This document shows positions 48,853-58,204 of a DNA stretch of 64,000 nucleotides, piece after piece. Source of the stretch: Vulcanimicrobiota bacterium (GTDB taxonomy: Bacteria > Vulcanimicrobiota > Vulcanimicrobiia > Vulcanimicrobiales > Vulcanimicrobiaceae). Every line of letters starts with the position of its first letter. The first letter of the stretch is position 1. The position numbers and the translations under genes were made by a program. The notes below the pieces were generated by a model. That model searched no databases. It was not told the DNA's origin and saw only the letters and a list, made by a program, of their open reading frames with translations. The DNA is taken from contig OY970223.1 in the NCBI GenBank assembly GCA_963714015.1, forward strand, positions 3,488,001 to 3,552,000. The letters run 5' to 3'.

Positions 48853-50520
48853 ATGGTCCGGTTCGGCCAAACCTGCGCCGCGATCGCCGCGCGGGCCGGC
48901 AAGCTCGAGAAGGTCGCTATTGTAGCGGAGTATCTTCGTTCGCTGGGCAACGCCGATCTGCAATGCGCGGCGCGGTTCTTCACCGGGAACCCGTTTGCGG
49001 GCCGTGACGAGCGCAGCCTCGGCATCGGATGGCGGACGATCGTCTCGGCTGCAAAGAACGTTTGGGACGTGCCTGAGACGCAGCTCGGCGCGGCCTATCG
49101 CGAGCACGGCGACTTGGGCGCGGCGCTTGGACCGTTCGTGCGCGCGCCGATGCATTTGGCGCTGTTCGAAGAGGTGCTTACGCCTTCCAGGCTCTACGCA
49201 ATCTTCGAAGAGATCGCCTCAGCCTCGGGCAAGGCGGCGGGGAAAAAACGGGAAGCGCTCTGCGAGCATATTTTCCGGGCGTGCACCGATCCGGTCGAAG
49301 CCACCTACGTCATCAAGATTGTGACGGGCGACCTGCGCATCGGACTGCGCGAAGGGCTGGTCGCCGATGCGATCGCCGCAGCCTTTGGAGCGGACGCACA
49401 TGAAGTGCGGCGCGCAGTCATGGCGGCCGGGGACATCGGCGTAGTCGCATCGGCAGCGCGCGCCGGCACGCTGGAAGATCTGCGCGTCACGTACGGTTCC
49501 GCTATCGGATTCATGCTTGCCTCGCCGATGACGTACGGAACCGGCTACAAAGATCTCAACGGTGAAACGTGGATAGTTGAGGAGAAATTCGACGGGATTC
49601 GAGCGCAGGTGCATAAGTCCGGCGATAACGTGCGCATCTTTTCACGAACTTTGAACGATGTAACGCGCACTTATCCGGAAGTGGAAGCGGCGATCGCCGC
49701 CGTGCCGGGTGACTTCATGCTCGACGGGGAGCTCGTTGCGATGCGCGAGGATCGGGTACTGCCGTTTCGCTATCTTCAGGCGCGCCTGCAGCGGAAAATA
49801 GTGGAGGCGGCACTCATCGAAGAGGTGCCGGTTGCCTACGTCGCGTTCGACATGCTGGCCGACGGCGAAGAGTTCCTGATCGACGAGCCGCTGCTCGTTC
49901 GGCGCGAACGATTGGCGCAGCACATTCTTCCATCACGGCAATTGCGCATCGCTTCGTTCGTGCCGCTCGGCGAACCGCCGTACGCTCGCGATTTGCACGA
50001 CCGCTTTGAGGCTGCGCGTGAGGCGGGGCACGAAGGCGTGATGATCAAGCGCACGGATTCTTCGTACCATCCGGGGCGGCGCGGAAAGTGGTGGCTCAAG
50101 CTCAAGCGCGAGCTCTCGACCCTCGACGTCGTCGTCGTGGCGGTGGAATGGGGCCACGGAAAACGCGCGAAGGTCCTCTCCGATTATACGTTCGCGGTGC
50201 GCGGCGAGGACGGCGAGTTGCTGACGATCGGGAAGGCGTATTCGGGCCTGACCGACGCGGAAATCGCCCAGCTCACGCAGTGGTTCCTGGACCATCAAAT
50301 CGGAACTCGGGGCTATGCCATCGCCGTCGAACCCAAAATCGTACTGGAAGTGGCCTTCGATATCATTCAGCCGAGCGATCTTCATGAAAGCGGCTTCGCG
50401 CTGCGCTTTCCGCGCATCGTGCGCATTCGCGACGATAAACCCGCCGCTGAAATCGATACCATTGGACGCGTCCGCGAGATCTATCGTGAAATGCTCGCGC
50501 GCGAAGGCGTTCATAAGTGA
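48853..50520 (+). CDS. ATP-dependent DNA ligase (LigB-like)
   Basis: EEKFDGIR (motif I), LDGE, AFDML, EGVMIK, WLKLK, ALRFPR. Confidence 0.93.
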   Translation: MVRFGQTCAAIAARAGKLEKVAIVAEYLRSLGNADLQCAARFFTGNPFAGRDERSLGIGWRTIVSAAKNVWDVPETQLGAAYREHGDLGAALGPFVRAPMHLALFEEVLTPSRLYAIFEEIASASGKAAGKKREALCEHIFRACTDPVEATYVIKIVTGDLRIGLREGLVADAIAAAFGADAHEVRRAVMAAGDIGVVASAARAGTLEDLRVTYGSAIGFMLASPMTYGTGYKDLNGETWIVEEKFDGIRAQVHKSGDNVRIFSRTLNDVTRTYPEVEAAIAAVPGDFMLDGELVAMREDRVLPFRYLQARLQRKIVEAALIEEVPVAYVAFDMLADGEEFLIDEPLLVRRERLAQHILPSRQLRIASFVPLGEPPYARDLHDRFEAAREAGHEGVMIKRTDSSYHPGRRGKWWLKLKRELSTLDVVVVAVEWGHGKRAKVLSDYTFAVRGEDGELLTIGKAYSGLTDAEIAQLTQWFLDHQIGTRGYAIAVEPKIVLEVAFDIIQPSDLHESGFALRFPRIVRIRDDKPAAEIDTIGRVREIYREMLAREGVHK

Positions 50521-50698
50521 CCGGGTTTGGCGCAAAGAGTCAAGGGAGTTTTGTAGCGGCCGGGCGTTCTGTTATTAGTTATCCAGCCAAGAAAGCGGCG
50601 CCTTTATTATTGCGACCGGACGCACTATACTAAAGCCGTACGGTATTCTGCCGTACGTTGTACGGATTTTTCCTTACAAGTTGTTAGGAAGCTGGGCG

Positions 50699-52591
50699 AT
50701 GGCAAATCTCACAATCGGCGATCTGCGAAAGCTGCTCGCAGACAGCCACTCTACTTGGCGCATAGACGCGCGTCTCCGGGACGACCAAGTTCTGCCCACA
50801 CACCCTACGGGCGGGGTCATCGAAAATCTCAAACCTGCTAAAGAAGTCGGTCCCATCGACCTCCAAAAAGTTCTGACTACCGTGCCTGCAAATCCGCAGC
50901 TCGCGCAGCGTCGCGTTCAGCGCGGCTTCCTGCAGGCCAAAGAATTGTCAAATCTTCTCCCGATTGCGCCGCCGATGGCGCAGCCGCCCGCAGCCGGCGT
51001 ACGTTCGGCCGTGGTCGACTGGCGCAACCGGTTCGGGTGGACCTGGATCACGACCATTCAAGATCAAGGTCCTTGTGAGTCGTGCTGGGCATTTGCCGCG
51101 ACGGCACTCGTGTCGTCCATGACGCGTATCGAACACGCCGTTTGGAGCAAACGATCCGAAGGCGACGTGCACGACGGCATGGGCTCCAAGTGCTCGAACA
51201 CCGGCAACGTGCCCGCAGCACTGGACTGGATCGTCACCAACGGCATCTGCGATCCCGCCTGTTATCCATACAAGACGAACGATTCGGCTTATACACCGAC
51301 TGCCGATCGCGACGGACGCACGGTCAAGATCGAAGGCTATCAGCAGATCGGTGACATCAATCAACAGAAAGACTGGATCGATCAGGTCGGTCCGCTCGCC
51401 GTCTGCTTTGCCGTGTACAATGATTTCTTCGCGTACAGCAGCGGCGTTTACCACCGGCTCAACGACCCCAGCAACACCCTCGCAGGCTATCACTGCGTGC
51501 TGATCGTCGGCTATGACGACACGCAGAACGCGTGGATCATCAAGAACAGCTGGGGAACCGGCTGGGGCGAAAATGGCTTCGGCTATATCGGTTACGGTGA
51601 AGCCGACATCGACACGTGGGCGAAAGTCGGCATCAACGACACCAATCCCGATCCGTGGACGAAACGGCGCATTCACAGCGGCTCGATGTACGAGAGCGGC
51701 GACGGCGCCGGAAACCGCAATTTCGAATTGGTCACGTCGACGGCCGGCGGGCAACTCGCTCACCGATGGCGCGACAACGGAACCGGCGGTTTCCCTTGGG
51801 CCCTCGCGGAGACGTTCGGTGCGGGCGATTCACTGGGAATGCCGACGCTTACCGGAACCACTTACAACCGCAACTTCGAACTGATCTATCGCACGAAGTC
51901 CAACACGTTGCACCACTTCTTCTTCGATCAAAATTCGAAGAAGTGGAATGACGGGGGTACGTTCGGTTCAAACATGCTGGACGAACCGGGATTCTTCCAA
52001 GGCGACTACGGCGCGCCCGGTAATTTCGAAGTCGTCGTTTTGACGGCCGGACAGCAGCTGACGCATTGGTGGAGAACGAACGGACCGCCCTGGACGTGGA
52101 GTCAAAGCGCCACCTTCGGCAGCAACATCATCTGCAGCGGTCCCACGCTCGTCCAGACGACGTACGGCATGCAGGGCAATTTGGAACTGGTAGCCGTCAA
52201 CTCAAGCGGACAGATGCAGCACTTCTGGCGCGACGACGACCACGGACTGGTATGGCGCGCCGGCCCGACGTTCGGGTCCGGCTACGACAGCAATCCGTAC
52301 ATGATCCAAGGGCAATACGGAATGCCGACCGAGCTCGGGAACGGCAACTTCGAACTGATCATCGCCAAGGGCGGCCGAGTCGACCACTGGTGGCGCGACA
52401 ACGGCGGCGGCGGAATGAACTGGAACTACAGCACGAGCTTCGGCCAGAACGTTCAGCGCGTCGTCTCGCTCGTCGAGAGCAGTTTCGGATTCAATCTCGA
52501 GGCCGTCGTTCTGCTCGCCGACGGATCGCTGCAGCACTTCTGGCGCGACGGCGCCGGATGGCACGACGGCGTCGTTATCGGAAAGCCTTGA
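50699..52591 (+). CDS. Papain-family (C1A) cysteine protease with C-terminal six-repeat beta-propeller
   Basis: QDQGPCESCWAF, GYHCVLIVGY, IKNSWG; six repeats of N(F/L)E...H-(W/F)...W...(T/S)FG; no signal peptide. Confidence 0.88.
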   Translation: MANLTIGDLRKLLADSHSTWRIDARLRDDQVLPTHPTGGVIENLKPAKEVGPIDLQKVLTTVPANPQLAQRRVQRGFLQAKELSNLLPIAPPMAQPPAAGVRSAVVDWRNRFGWTWITTIQDQGPCESCWAFAATALVSSMTRIEHAVWSKRSEGDVHDGMGSKCSNTGNVPAALDWIVTNGICDPACYPYKTNDSAYTPTADRDGRTVKIEGYQQIGDINQQKDWIDQVGPLAVCFAVYNDFFAYSSGVYHRLNDPSNTLAGYHCVLIVGYDDTQNAWIIKNSWGTGWGENGFGYIGYGEADIDTWAKVGINDTNPDPWTKRRIHSGSMYESGDGAGNRNFELVTSTAGGQLAHRWRDNGTGGFPWALAETFGAGDSLGMPTLTGTTYNRNFELIYRTKSNTLHHFFFDQNSKKWNDGGTFGSNMLDEPGFFQGDYGAPGNFEVVVLTAGQQLTHWWRTNGPPWTWSQSATFGSNIICSGPTLVQTTYGMQGNLELVAVNSSGQMQHFWRDDDHGLVWRAGPTFGSGYDSNPYMIQGQYGMPTELGNGNFELIIAKGGRVDHWWRDNGGGGMNWNYSTSFGQNVQRVVSLVESSFGFNLEAVVLLADGSLQHFWRDGAGWHDGVVIGKP

Positions 52592-52597
52592 GCAGTC

Positions 52598-52933
52598 TCA
52601 GGCGCTGATTGCGATGTCGATGATCTCTTCCCGCAGCGGCGGACGCCCCACTTCCCAAATGCGCCGCTGAGCGCAGCGTAAGCGGGCCCGTCCGGGTGCA
52701 AGCGATTGGATGCGCACGAGCTCGTCCACGCTTGCACTTCCGGGCGGCAAAGAGCCCGGTTGGGGCAAGTCAATGGTCTCGGCCGTCATACCGGGGCCGC
52801 GGGAAATTTCGACGACTGCAGGCGAGCCTTCGAGGGTGTACTCCCAGGAGTACCCCGCGGAGCCTCGTCCCTGCAGACGATGGGTGTAGAGTTGTCCGAC
52901 CTTCAGGTCGATTCGATGTTCCTTGAATTCCAT
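52598..52933 (-). CDS. Chagasin-family (I42) cysteine protease inhibitor
   Basis: 111 aa with chagasin loop equivalents GSAGYSW, PPGS and QRRIWE (cf. NPTTGYxW, GxGG, RPWE). Confidence 0.75.
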   Translation of the reverse strand: MEFKEHRIDLKVGQLYTHRLQGRGSAGYSWEYTLEGSPAVVEISRGPGMTAETIDLPQPGSLPPGSASVDELVRIQSLAPGRARLRCAQRRIWEVGRPPLREEIIDIAISA

Positions 52934-52991
52934 GGTGCTTACAGCGTTCTTCCCTGAATCGGCACTGCTCAGGTTGCCGCCGCCCGCTTAC

Positions 52992-53231
52992 TTAGCGAAG
53001 GTACCGGCGATCGCGTTCTTCCTGAATGCGCAGCGCCCGTTCGTAAGCATCGGGCAGCTCCCGTCCCGTTTTTCGAAAAATCCGAGCGCGCAACCGTGCA
53101 TAGCAAACGAGCACTAAGATCCCGACGGCAGCGAACGCCAAAACGGGCCGCGGCCGTCCGCCGAGATCGATGGTGGAAAGACTCGCCAGCACGACTGCAG
53201 CGAGCGAAGCGTAAGTCTCCCAGCGTCTCAT
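52992..53231 (-). CDS. Small two-TM hypothetical protein
   Basis: 79 aa with two hydrophobic segments and a basic tail; AAGGA upstream. Confidence 0.6.
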   Translation of the reverse strand: MRRWETYASLAAVVLASLSTIDLGGRPRPVLAFAAVGILVLVCYARLRARIFRKTGRELPDAYERALRIQEERDRRYLR

Positions 53232-53249
53232 GCCGGGATAATCCTTCCG

Positions 53250-54125
53250 TTACTTGTACTTGAACTTGGCCATGCGCTTTTCGTTGTACGCGGCGATGCC
53301 TTCTTTAGCATCCTCGCTCTTGAAAAGCAGCGATTGCAGCTCGCGTTCCAGCGCCAATGCGTCGTTCAGCGGCAACTCCATGCCGGTCTGAACGCTGCGC
53401 TTGATGTGTCCGACCGCCATCGGCGCCTTGTTCGGCGTCGTGAACTGCTTGGCGTAGGTGAGGATCTGATTGCGGAATTCTTGAGCGTCGCCCTCATAGA
53501 TGTCGTTGACGATGCCCCACTCCAGCGCTTGTTCGAAGCTGAAAGTCCGGCCCATGCACATCAATTCGATCGCGCGCGATTTGCCGACCAAACGCGCCAG
53601 CCGCTGAGTGCCGCCCGTTCCGGGAAGCACGCCGAGAGCAACCTCGGGCAATCCGATCTTTCCGGCGTCCTGACGCGCGATGCGAATATCCGCCGCCATC
53701 GCAATCTCCAGTCCGCCGCCCACGCAGTGCCCGTTCAATGCCGCGATCACGAGCTTCGGCGTTTGCTCCAGACGACAGAGCGTCTCGTTGGCGTGCAGGC
53801 AGAAGTTGTACTTGAACTCCGGCGTGACGCTGTTGAGCATCCCGATGTTGGCACCGGCCGAAAAAAACTTTTCGCCCTTTCCGGTGATGAGGATGACTTC
53901 CACGTCCTGGTCGAAGCGCGCGTCCAAAATCGCTTCGTCGAGCTGACGCATCATCTCGTGCGTGTACGTGTTCGCCGGAGGATCGTCGATCTCGATGACG
54001 CCGACATGCGCTTCCTTTGAATAATTGATGACCCGTTTGCCGTCGAATGCACGCTGCTCGCGTCCGAACGGCGTCTGCGCGTTGTCATGCCCGGCCTGCG
54101 GAAGGGCGTTCACTGTAGTGCTCAT
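53250..54125 (-). CDS. Enoyl-CoA hydratase/isomerase (single crotonase domain)
   Basis: FFSAGANI, NGHCVGGGLEIAMAADIR, GLPEVALGVLPGTGGTQRL. Confidence 0.92.
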   Translation of the reverse strand: MSTTVNALPQAGHDNAQTPFGREQRAFDGKRVINYSKEAHVGVIEIDDPPANTYTHEMMRQLDEAILDARFDQDVEVILITGKGEKFFSAGANIGMLNSVTPEFKYNFCLHANETLCRLEQTPKLVIAALNGHCVGGGLEIAMAADIRIARQDAGKIGLPEVALGVLPGTGGTQRLARLVGKSRAIELMCMGRTFSFEQALEWGIVNDIYEGDAQEFRNQILTYAKQFTTPNKAPMAVGHIKRSVQTGMELPLNDALALERELQSLLFKSEDAKEGIAAYNEKRMAKFKYK

Positions 54126-55256
54126 CTATGCTGCCTCGCTCTTGCCTTTCGGTGCGATCCAAGACGGATCTTTGAAGTAATCTTTCAGCCGCTCCTCGTC
54201 CTGCGCCGACGGTAGAACGGTTGGCGCATACGCTTCCCATTCTTCGCGCGTCATCTGCCGCCCGTCAACGCTCCAATATTCGCCCGCGTGCTTCCCGATG
54301 CTGCGGTTGAAGCGCATATCGGGCATGTACATCTTCGTTTCCGAAGGATTGACGGCGTTGACGCGTTCGATCGTCTTGAGGCACTCTTCGTAAAACTGAT
54401 CGCGCGAACGCTCGTTCAGGCGTTCTTTGTCTACGCTTTCGCTGGCCAGCTTTTCTTCGTCGACGCGGCCCTTGATGCCCCAGGTAAAGGCCCATTGCGC
54501 CGAGCCGGAGTGATCGGTCCCGAAGAGATCGAGCGATCCGGATATCCATTTATTGTAGTACTTCTGCTGCAGCTCCACCGGGATGACGTTCGCTTGCGCG
54601 ATGCGCCGCAGCCCCGATATGCCGGTTCCCATATGGTACGACTCTTCGCGCAGCATCGGTCCCATCGACTGCGCGAGCGGCGCGAACCCCGAGTGCGAGA
54701 GCATGGTCAACTGAAATTTTCCGTCGCGATCCATGAAATTGGTGTACGCAAAGAAGTCCATCCAATGAGTCACGTCGTTGTTGAACGCATTGAGCAAGCG
54801 GTTCTTCTTGCCGAAGGCGCGGCGCTCGAGCATTTTTTGCGCCTCGATTTTGCCGTCGTGTCCGAAATGACTGACGAGCAGGTGGCACATTTGATAGCCG
54901 TGGCGCGTCTCTTCGACCATGATCCGCACGAGCGAGGCGAGGTCGTACTCGGACGGCGCATTGTTTACGAGGAACCGCTGCTGCTCGTTGGAGGCGAATT
55001 CCGTATCTCCCTGATACACGATCATGTTCAGCACGGCGTCCCGCATGCGCTGGTCGGGGATTTCCATCACCTTGCTCCAGCGGCGCTCGCCCTTGAAGTC
55101 GCCGAAATAGATTTCCGGAGTCGACAGCTCGCCGTACTTGGCCTCGAACTCGTATCCCGGCATGTACCGGTCGATCAGCTCTTGGTTGAGACCGATGTCC
55201 TCCTGCCATTGTTTGAGGAGGTCGATCCAGTCGTCGAAGGTGGAAATGCGCGCCAT
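54126..55256 (-). CDS. boxB: BoxB-like di-iron aryl-CoA epoxidase (PaaA/PaaC ferritin-like family)
   Basis: QGDTEFAS-EQQR, APSEYDL, EETRH, DRDGKFQL, SGFAPLA, EESYH parallel the BoxB motifs QGDTEPASVEQQR, EEGRH, DRDGK and EEAHH. Confidence 0.8.
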   Translation of the reverse strand: MARISTFDDWIDLLKQWQEDIGLNQELIDRYMPGYEFEAKYGELSTPEIYFGDFKGERRWSKVMEIPDQRMRDAVLNMIVYQGDTEFASNEQQRFLVNNAPSEYDLASLVRIMVEETRHGYQMCHLLVSHFGHDGKIEAQKMLERRAFGKKNRLLNAFNNDVTHWMDFFAYTNFMDRDGKFQLTMLSHSGFAPLAQSMGPMLREESYHMGTGISGLRRIAQANVIPVELQQKYYNKWISGSLDLFGTDHSGSAQWAFTWGIKGRVDEEKLASESVDKERLNERSRDQFYEECLKTIERVNAVNPSETKMYMPDMRFNRSIGKHAGEYWSVDGRQMTREEWEAYAPTVLPSAQDEERLKDYFKDPSWIAPKGKSEAA

Positions 55257-55262
55257 GATGCC

Positions 55263-55307
55263 TCGTATGACGGATTTTTGCGTTACCGTGAGAATAGTGT
55301 CATACGA
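55263..55307. promoter_or_regulatory. Putative PaaX operator: TCGTATGAC-N27-GTCATACGA
   Basis: Perfect 9-bp inverted repeat (55263-55271/55299-55307) in the 74-bp divergent boxB-paaX gap. Confidence 0.7.
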
Positions 55308-55330
55308 CCACCCCACTGTCAAGGAGGGCC

Positions 55331-56158
55331 ATGCGCCCGGTAACCCGGCCGACATCCTTTATCTATACGCTGTTCGGTGATTTCGTGCACCGCGACGGCT
55401 CCGCGCGCCGCGACCTGTGGGTCGGCAGCCTGATCGTCCTGATGAGCGAATTCGGGCTTTCCGATGCTGCGATCAGGCAGGCGGTTTCCCGGATGTCCCG
55501 GCAAGGATGGCTGGCCGCGAGCAGGCGCCGCGCCCGATCGTACTACGCGCTCACTGAGCGGGGACGCGCTCGAGTCGAGGCCCTGAGCCCGCGCATCTAT
55601 GGCCCGGTCGTCGAGTGGGACGGACGCTGGCGGATGTTGACCTATTCGGTGGCCGAGATCAAGCGCGAGGGACGGGACGGCTTGCGTAAGGATTTGACGG
55701 TTTTGGGATGGGCACCGCTCTCGGCGTCGACTTGGATTTCGCCCCATGACGCGCTGGCAGCAGCGCGCGCTGCGGCCGATGCAAACGGCGTCATCGAAAA
55801 CGTGGATTTGTTCGCCGGCGAGTATGCGGGGCCGCAGACCGATCGGGACTTGCTCGAGAAGTGTTGGAATCTGCCGGCTATCGCTGCGCAATACAAGGCG
55901 TTCGTCGCTGCGTACGAACCCAAGCTGCGGGCCGAACGCCTGCGCGGGTCGCTGCCGGACGATCGGGCGTTCGTCGAGCGCATGTGGCTGGTCCACGATT
56001 ACCGGAAATTCACCTACGTCGATCCCGGTCTCCCGAGCACGCTGCTTCCGGCGCATTGGCCGGGGACGGCGGCAGCAGCGGTGTTTCGCGAGTACTACAC
56101 ACTCATTTCAACGAAAGCCGAGCGCTTTTTCCACGCCTCGCTCGAACCCAAAGATTGA
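55331..56158 (+). CDS. paaX: PaaX-family transcriptional repressor
   Basis: SFIYTLFGD, AIRQAVSRMSRQGWL, WDGRW, DPGLPSTLLPAHWPG. SD AAGGAGG. Confidence 0.92.
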   Translation: MRPVTRPTSFIYTLFGDFVHRDGSARRDLWVGSLIVLMSEFGLSDAAIRQAVSRMSRQGWLAASRRRARSYYALTERGRARVEALSPRIYGPVVEWDGRWRMLTYSVAEIKREGRDGLRKDLTVLGWAPLSASTWISPHDALAAARAAADANGVIENVDLFAGEYAGPQTDRDLLEKCWNLPAIAAQYKAFVAAYEPKLRAERLRGSLPDDRAFVERMWLVHDYRKFTYVDPGLPSTLLPAHWPGTAAAAVFREYYTLISTKAERFFHASLEPKD

Positions 56159-56295
56159 GGCCCGCAGAACTCTGCGGGCCTCCGGCTGATCTCCTCGTCT
56201 TCGTCGTCTTCGTCGTCGTCCTCGTCGTCCTCGAGTTCGTCCGGATCTTCTTCCGGATTGATCTCGGCGACTACCGTGTGTGTCTCTCGATACAT
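56095..56295 (-). CDS. Small acidic (Asp/Glu-tract) hypothetical protein
   Basis: SD GAGAGG; MYRETHTVVAEINPEEDPDELEDDEDDDEDDEDEE. The 3' end overlaps paaX convergently. Confidence 0.45.
   Translation of the reverse strand: MYRETHTVVAEINPEEDPDELEDDEDDDEDDEDEEISRRPAEFCGPQSLGSSEAWKKRSAFVEMSV
56157..56182. terminator. GC-rich hairpin at the paaX stop (possible terminator, no U-tract)
   Basis: GAGGCCCGCAG-AACT-CTGCGGGCCTC, perfect 11-bp stem. Confidence 0.4.
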
Positions 56296-56389
56296 CGCAG
56301 CTACCTCTCTTACGGCGCCGCCGGTGCGGCGGCGATAACATGGTTTCCCAGATAGGAACCGGACCTATCGACGGCCGTCAAACCGGCCG

Positions 56390-56701
56390 CTAATCTTCAC
56401 CTTCGTGGAGGTGCAGATGGCAGCCGTCTTCGGCATCGCGTAAGACCTCTCGCGCTTCAGCCAGCATGGCTTGGGAAAGCGGCGCGGCTGAATCGATGCT
56501 GCCGTCCTCTGCAAGAAAGTCCGATTCGCTCCAGTCTTCCCACGTCTCCAGCGGCTCGCCGTCCGCCTGCGCCGGAAAACGAACGCAGAAGCCTTCTTCC
56601 AAATGCAGCCCGACCACACCGACCCGGGTTCCGCGCGGAAAATAGGTTCCGTCCTTCCACAGCGTACCGTATGTCGTCTGATAGAACTCGCCGATCTTCA
56701 A
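56390..56701 (-). CDS. Hypothetical protein
   Basis: 103-aa ORF 11 bp after the ALDH stop, on the same strand. Confidence 0.6.
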   Translation of the reverse strand: MKIGEFYQTTYGTLWKDGTYFPRGTRVGVVGLHLEEGFCVRFPAQADGEPLETWEDWSESDFLAEDGSIDSAAPLSQAMLAEAREVLRDAEDGCHLHLHEGED

Positions 56702-56712
56702 TTGCTCGATGT

Positions 56713-58204
56713 CTACACTCCAAACGGATCGATAGCCCGCTCTCCGGCGTACGTCAGCACACTCTTCGTCTCCGAATAGAGCGCCAACGTTTCAAACCCT
56801 AATTCGCGCCCGTAACCGGATTGCTTGTAACCCCCGAACGGGACGCCGGGGAATACCGCATACGGCGTGTTGATCGCCACGGTCCCCGAACGCAGAGCTC
56901 GTGCGACGCGATTCACGCGGCCGACGTTCTGCGACCAGACGCTCGCCGAAAGCCCGTAGTCGGAATCGTTGGCAAGCGCAATCGCGTGCGCTTCATCGGT
57001 GAAGCGCAAGAACGTCACGACCGGCCCGAAGATCTCTTCACGGGCAATGCGGTGTTCGGGACGCGCTTCGAATGCCGTCGCCGGCCAAAACCAGCCCGGT
57101 GCCGGTTCGGCCGCCGGCGGAGCCGACCCGCCGAAGAGTTTTGAGGCTCCCTCGGCCTCACCGATTTCGCAATAGGCACGAATCTTCTCGAGTTGCTCGC
57201 GCATCGTGATTGCCCCGACCTGCGTCTGCGGATCCTCCGGATTGCCGACTCGCAGTCTTTCGGCCTTCTCGCTGAAGAGCTCGATGAAGCGATCGGCAAC
57301 ACTCTCGTGCAGCAGTACGCGCGAGCGCGCCTCGCAGGTTTGTCCGGCATTGTAAAAGATGCCGTACAACGCGCCATTGACCGCCGCGGGAAGGTCGGCG
57401 TCGTCGAAAACGACGGACGGCGACTTTCCGCCCAGTTCGAGCGTGACGCGTTTGAGCGTCTGTGCGGCTGTCGCTGCAACGCGCTTTCCCGTTGCGGTGC
57501 TTCCGGTAAACGCAATCTTGTCGATGCCCGGGTGCTCGACGAGCGCTTGCCCCAGATCCGTTCCCGGGCCGGTAACGACATTTAAAACACCTTCCGGCAA
57601 ACCGGCTTCCAGCGCAATTTTACCGAGTTCTATTGCGGTAAGCGGAGTAGAAGGCGCCGGTTTGAGCACGACGGTGCAGCCGGCGGCCAGCGCCGGCGCA
57701 ACTTTCCAGGACGCAAGCAGGAGCGGGAAATTCCACGGAACGATTGCGCCTACGACACCCACCGGCTCGCGAACGGTATACGCAACGTAACCGCTCATCG
57801 GTGCCGGCAGCGTGCTGCCGTAGTTCTTCGTCGCAGCCCCTGCGTAGAATTCGAAGCAATCCACGATCGCGCTCATTTCGCCTTTCGCGGTGCCGATTGT
57901 TTTGCCGTTGTCCCGCACTTCGAGCAGCGCCAATTCGTTTGCGCGCTCAGCGACGAGCTGCGCAATCTTGTAAACGATCTTCGCCCGCCGGGAGGCGGGC
58001 ATGGTAGCCCATTTGCCGTTCTCGAAAGCGCCGCGTGCCGCTTTTACCGCGCGGTCGACGTCGGCAGCGGAAGCACTGGCCACCTGCGCCAGCTCTTGAC
58101 CCGTCGCAGGATTGACGTCCGAATACGACGTTCCGTTCTGTGCGTCGACCCATTCCTTACCGATCAGCAGACTGCGTTTTCGCCGGCGAAGCGGTTGCCG
58201 TCAT
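56713..58204 (-). CDS. Aldehyde dehydrogenase (+1 frameshift in the A-run at ~58178)
   Basis: IVPWNFP, FTGSTATG, LELGGKSP, NAGQTC, EEIFGPV, PFGGYKQSG. ATG 58204 overlaps the thiolase TGA; N-terminus KRSLLIGKEWVDA restored by removing one base. Confidence 0.92.
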
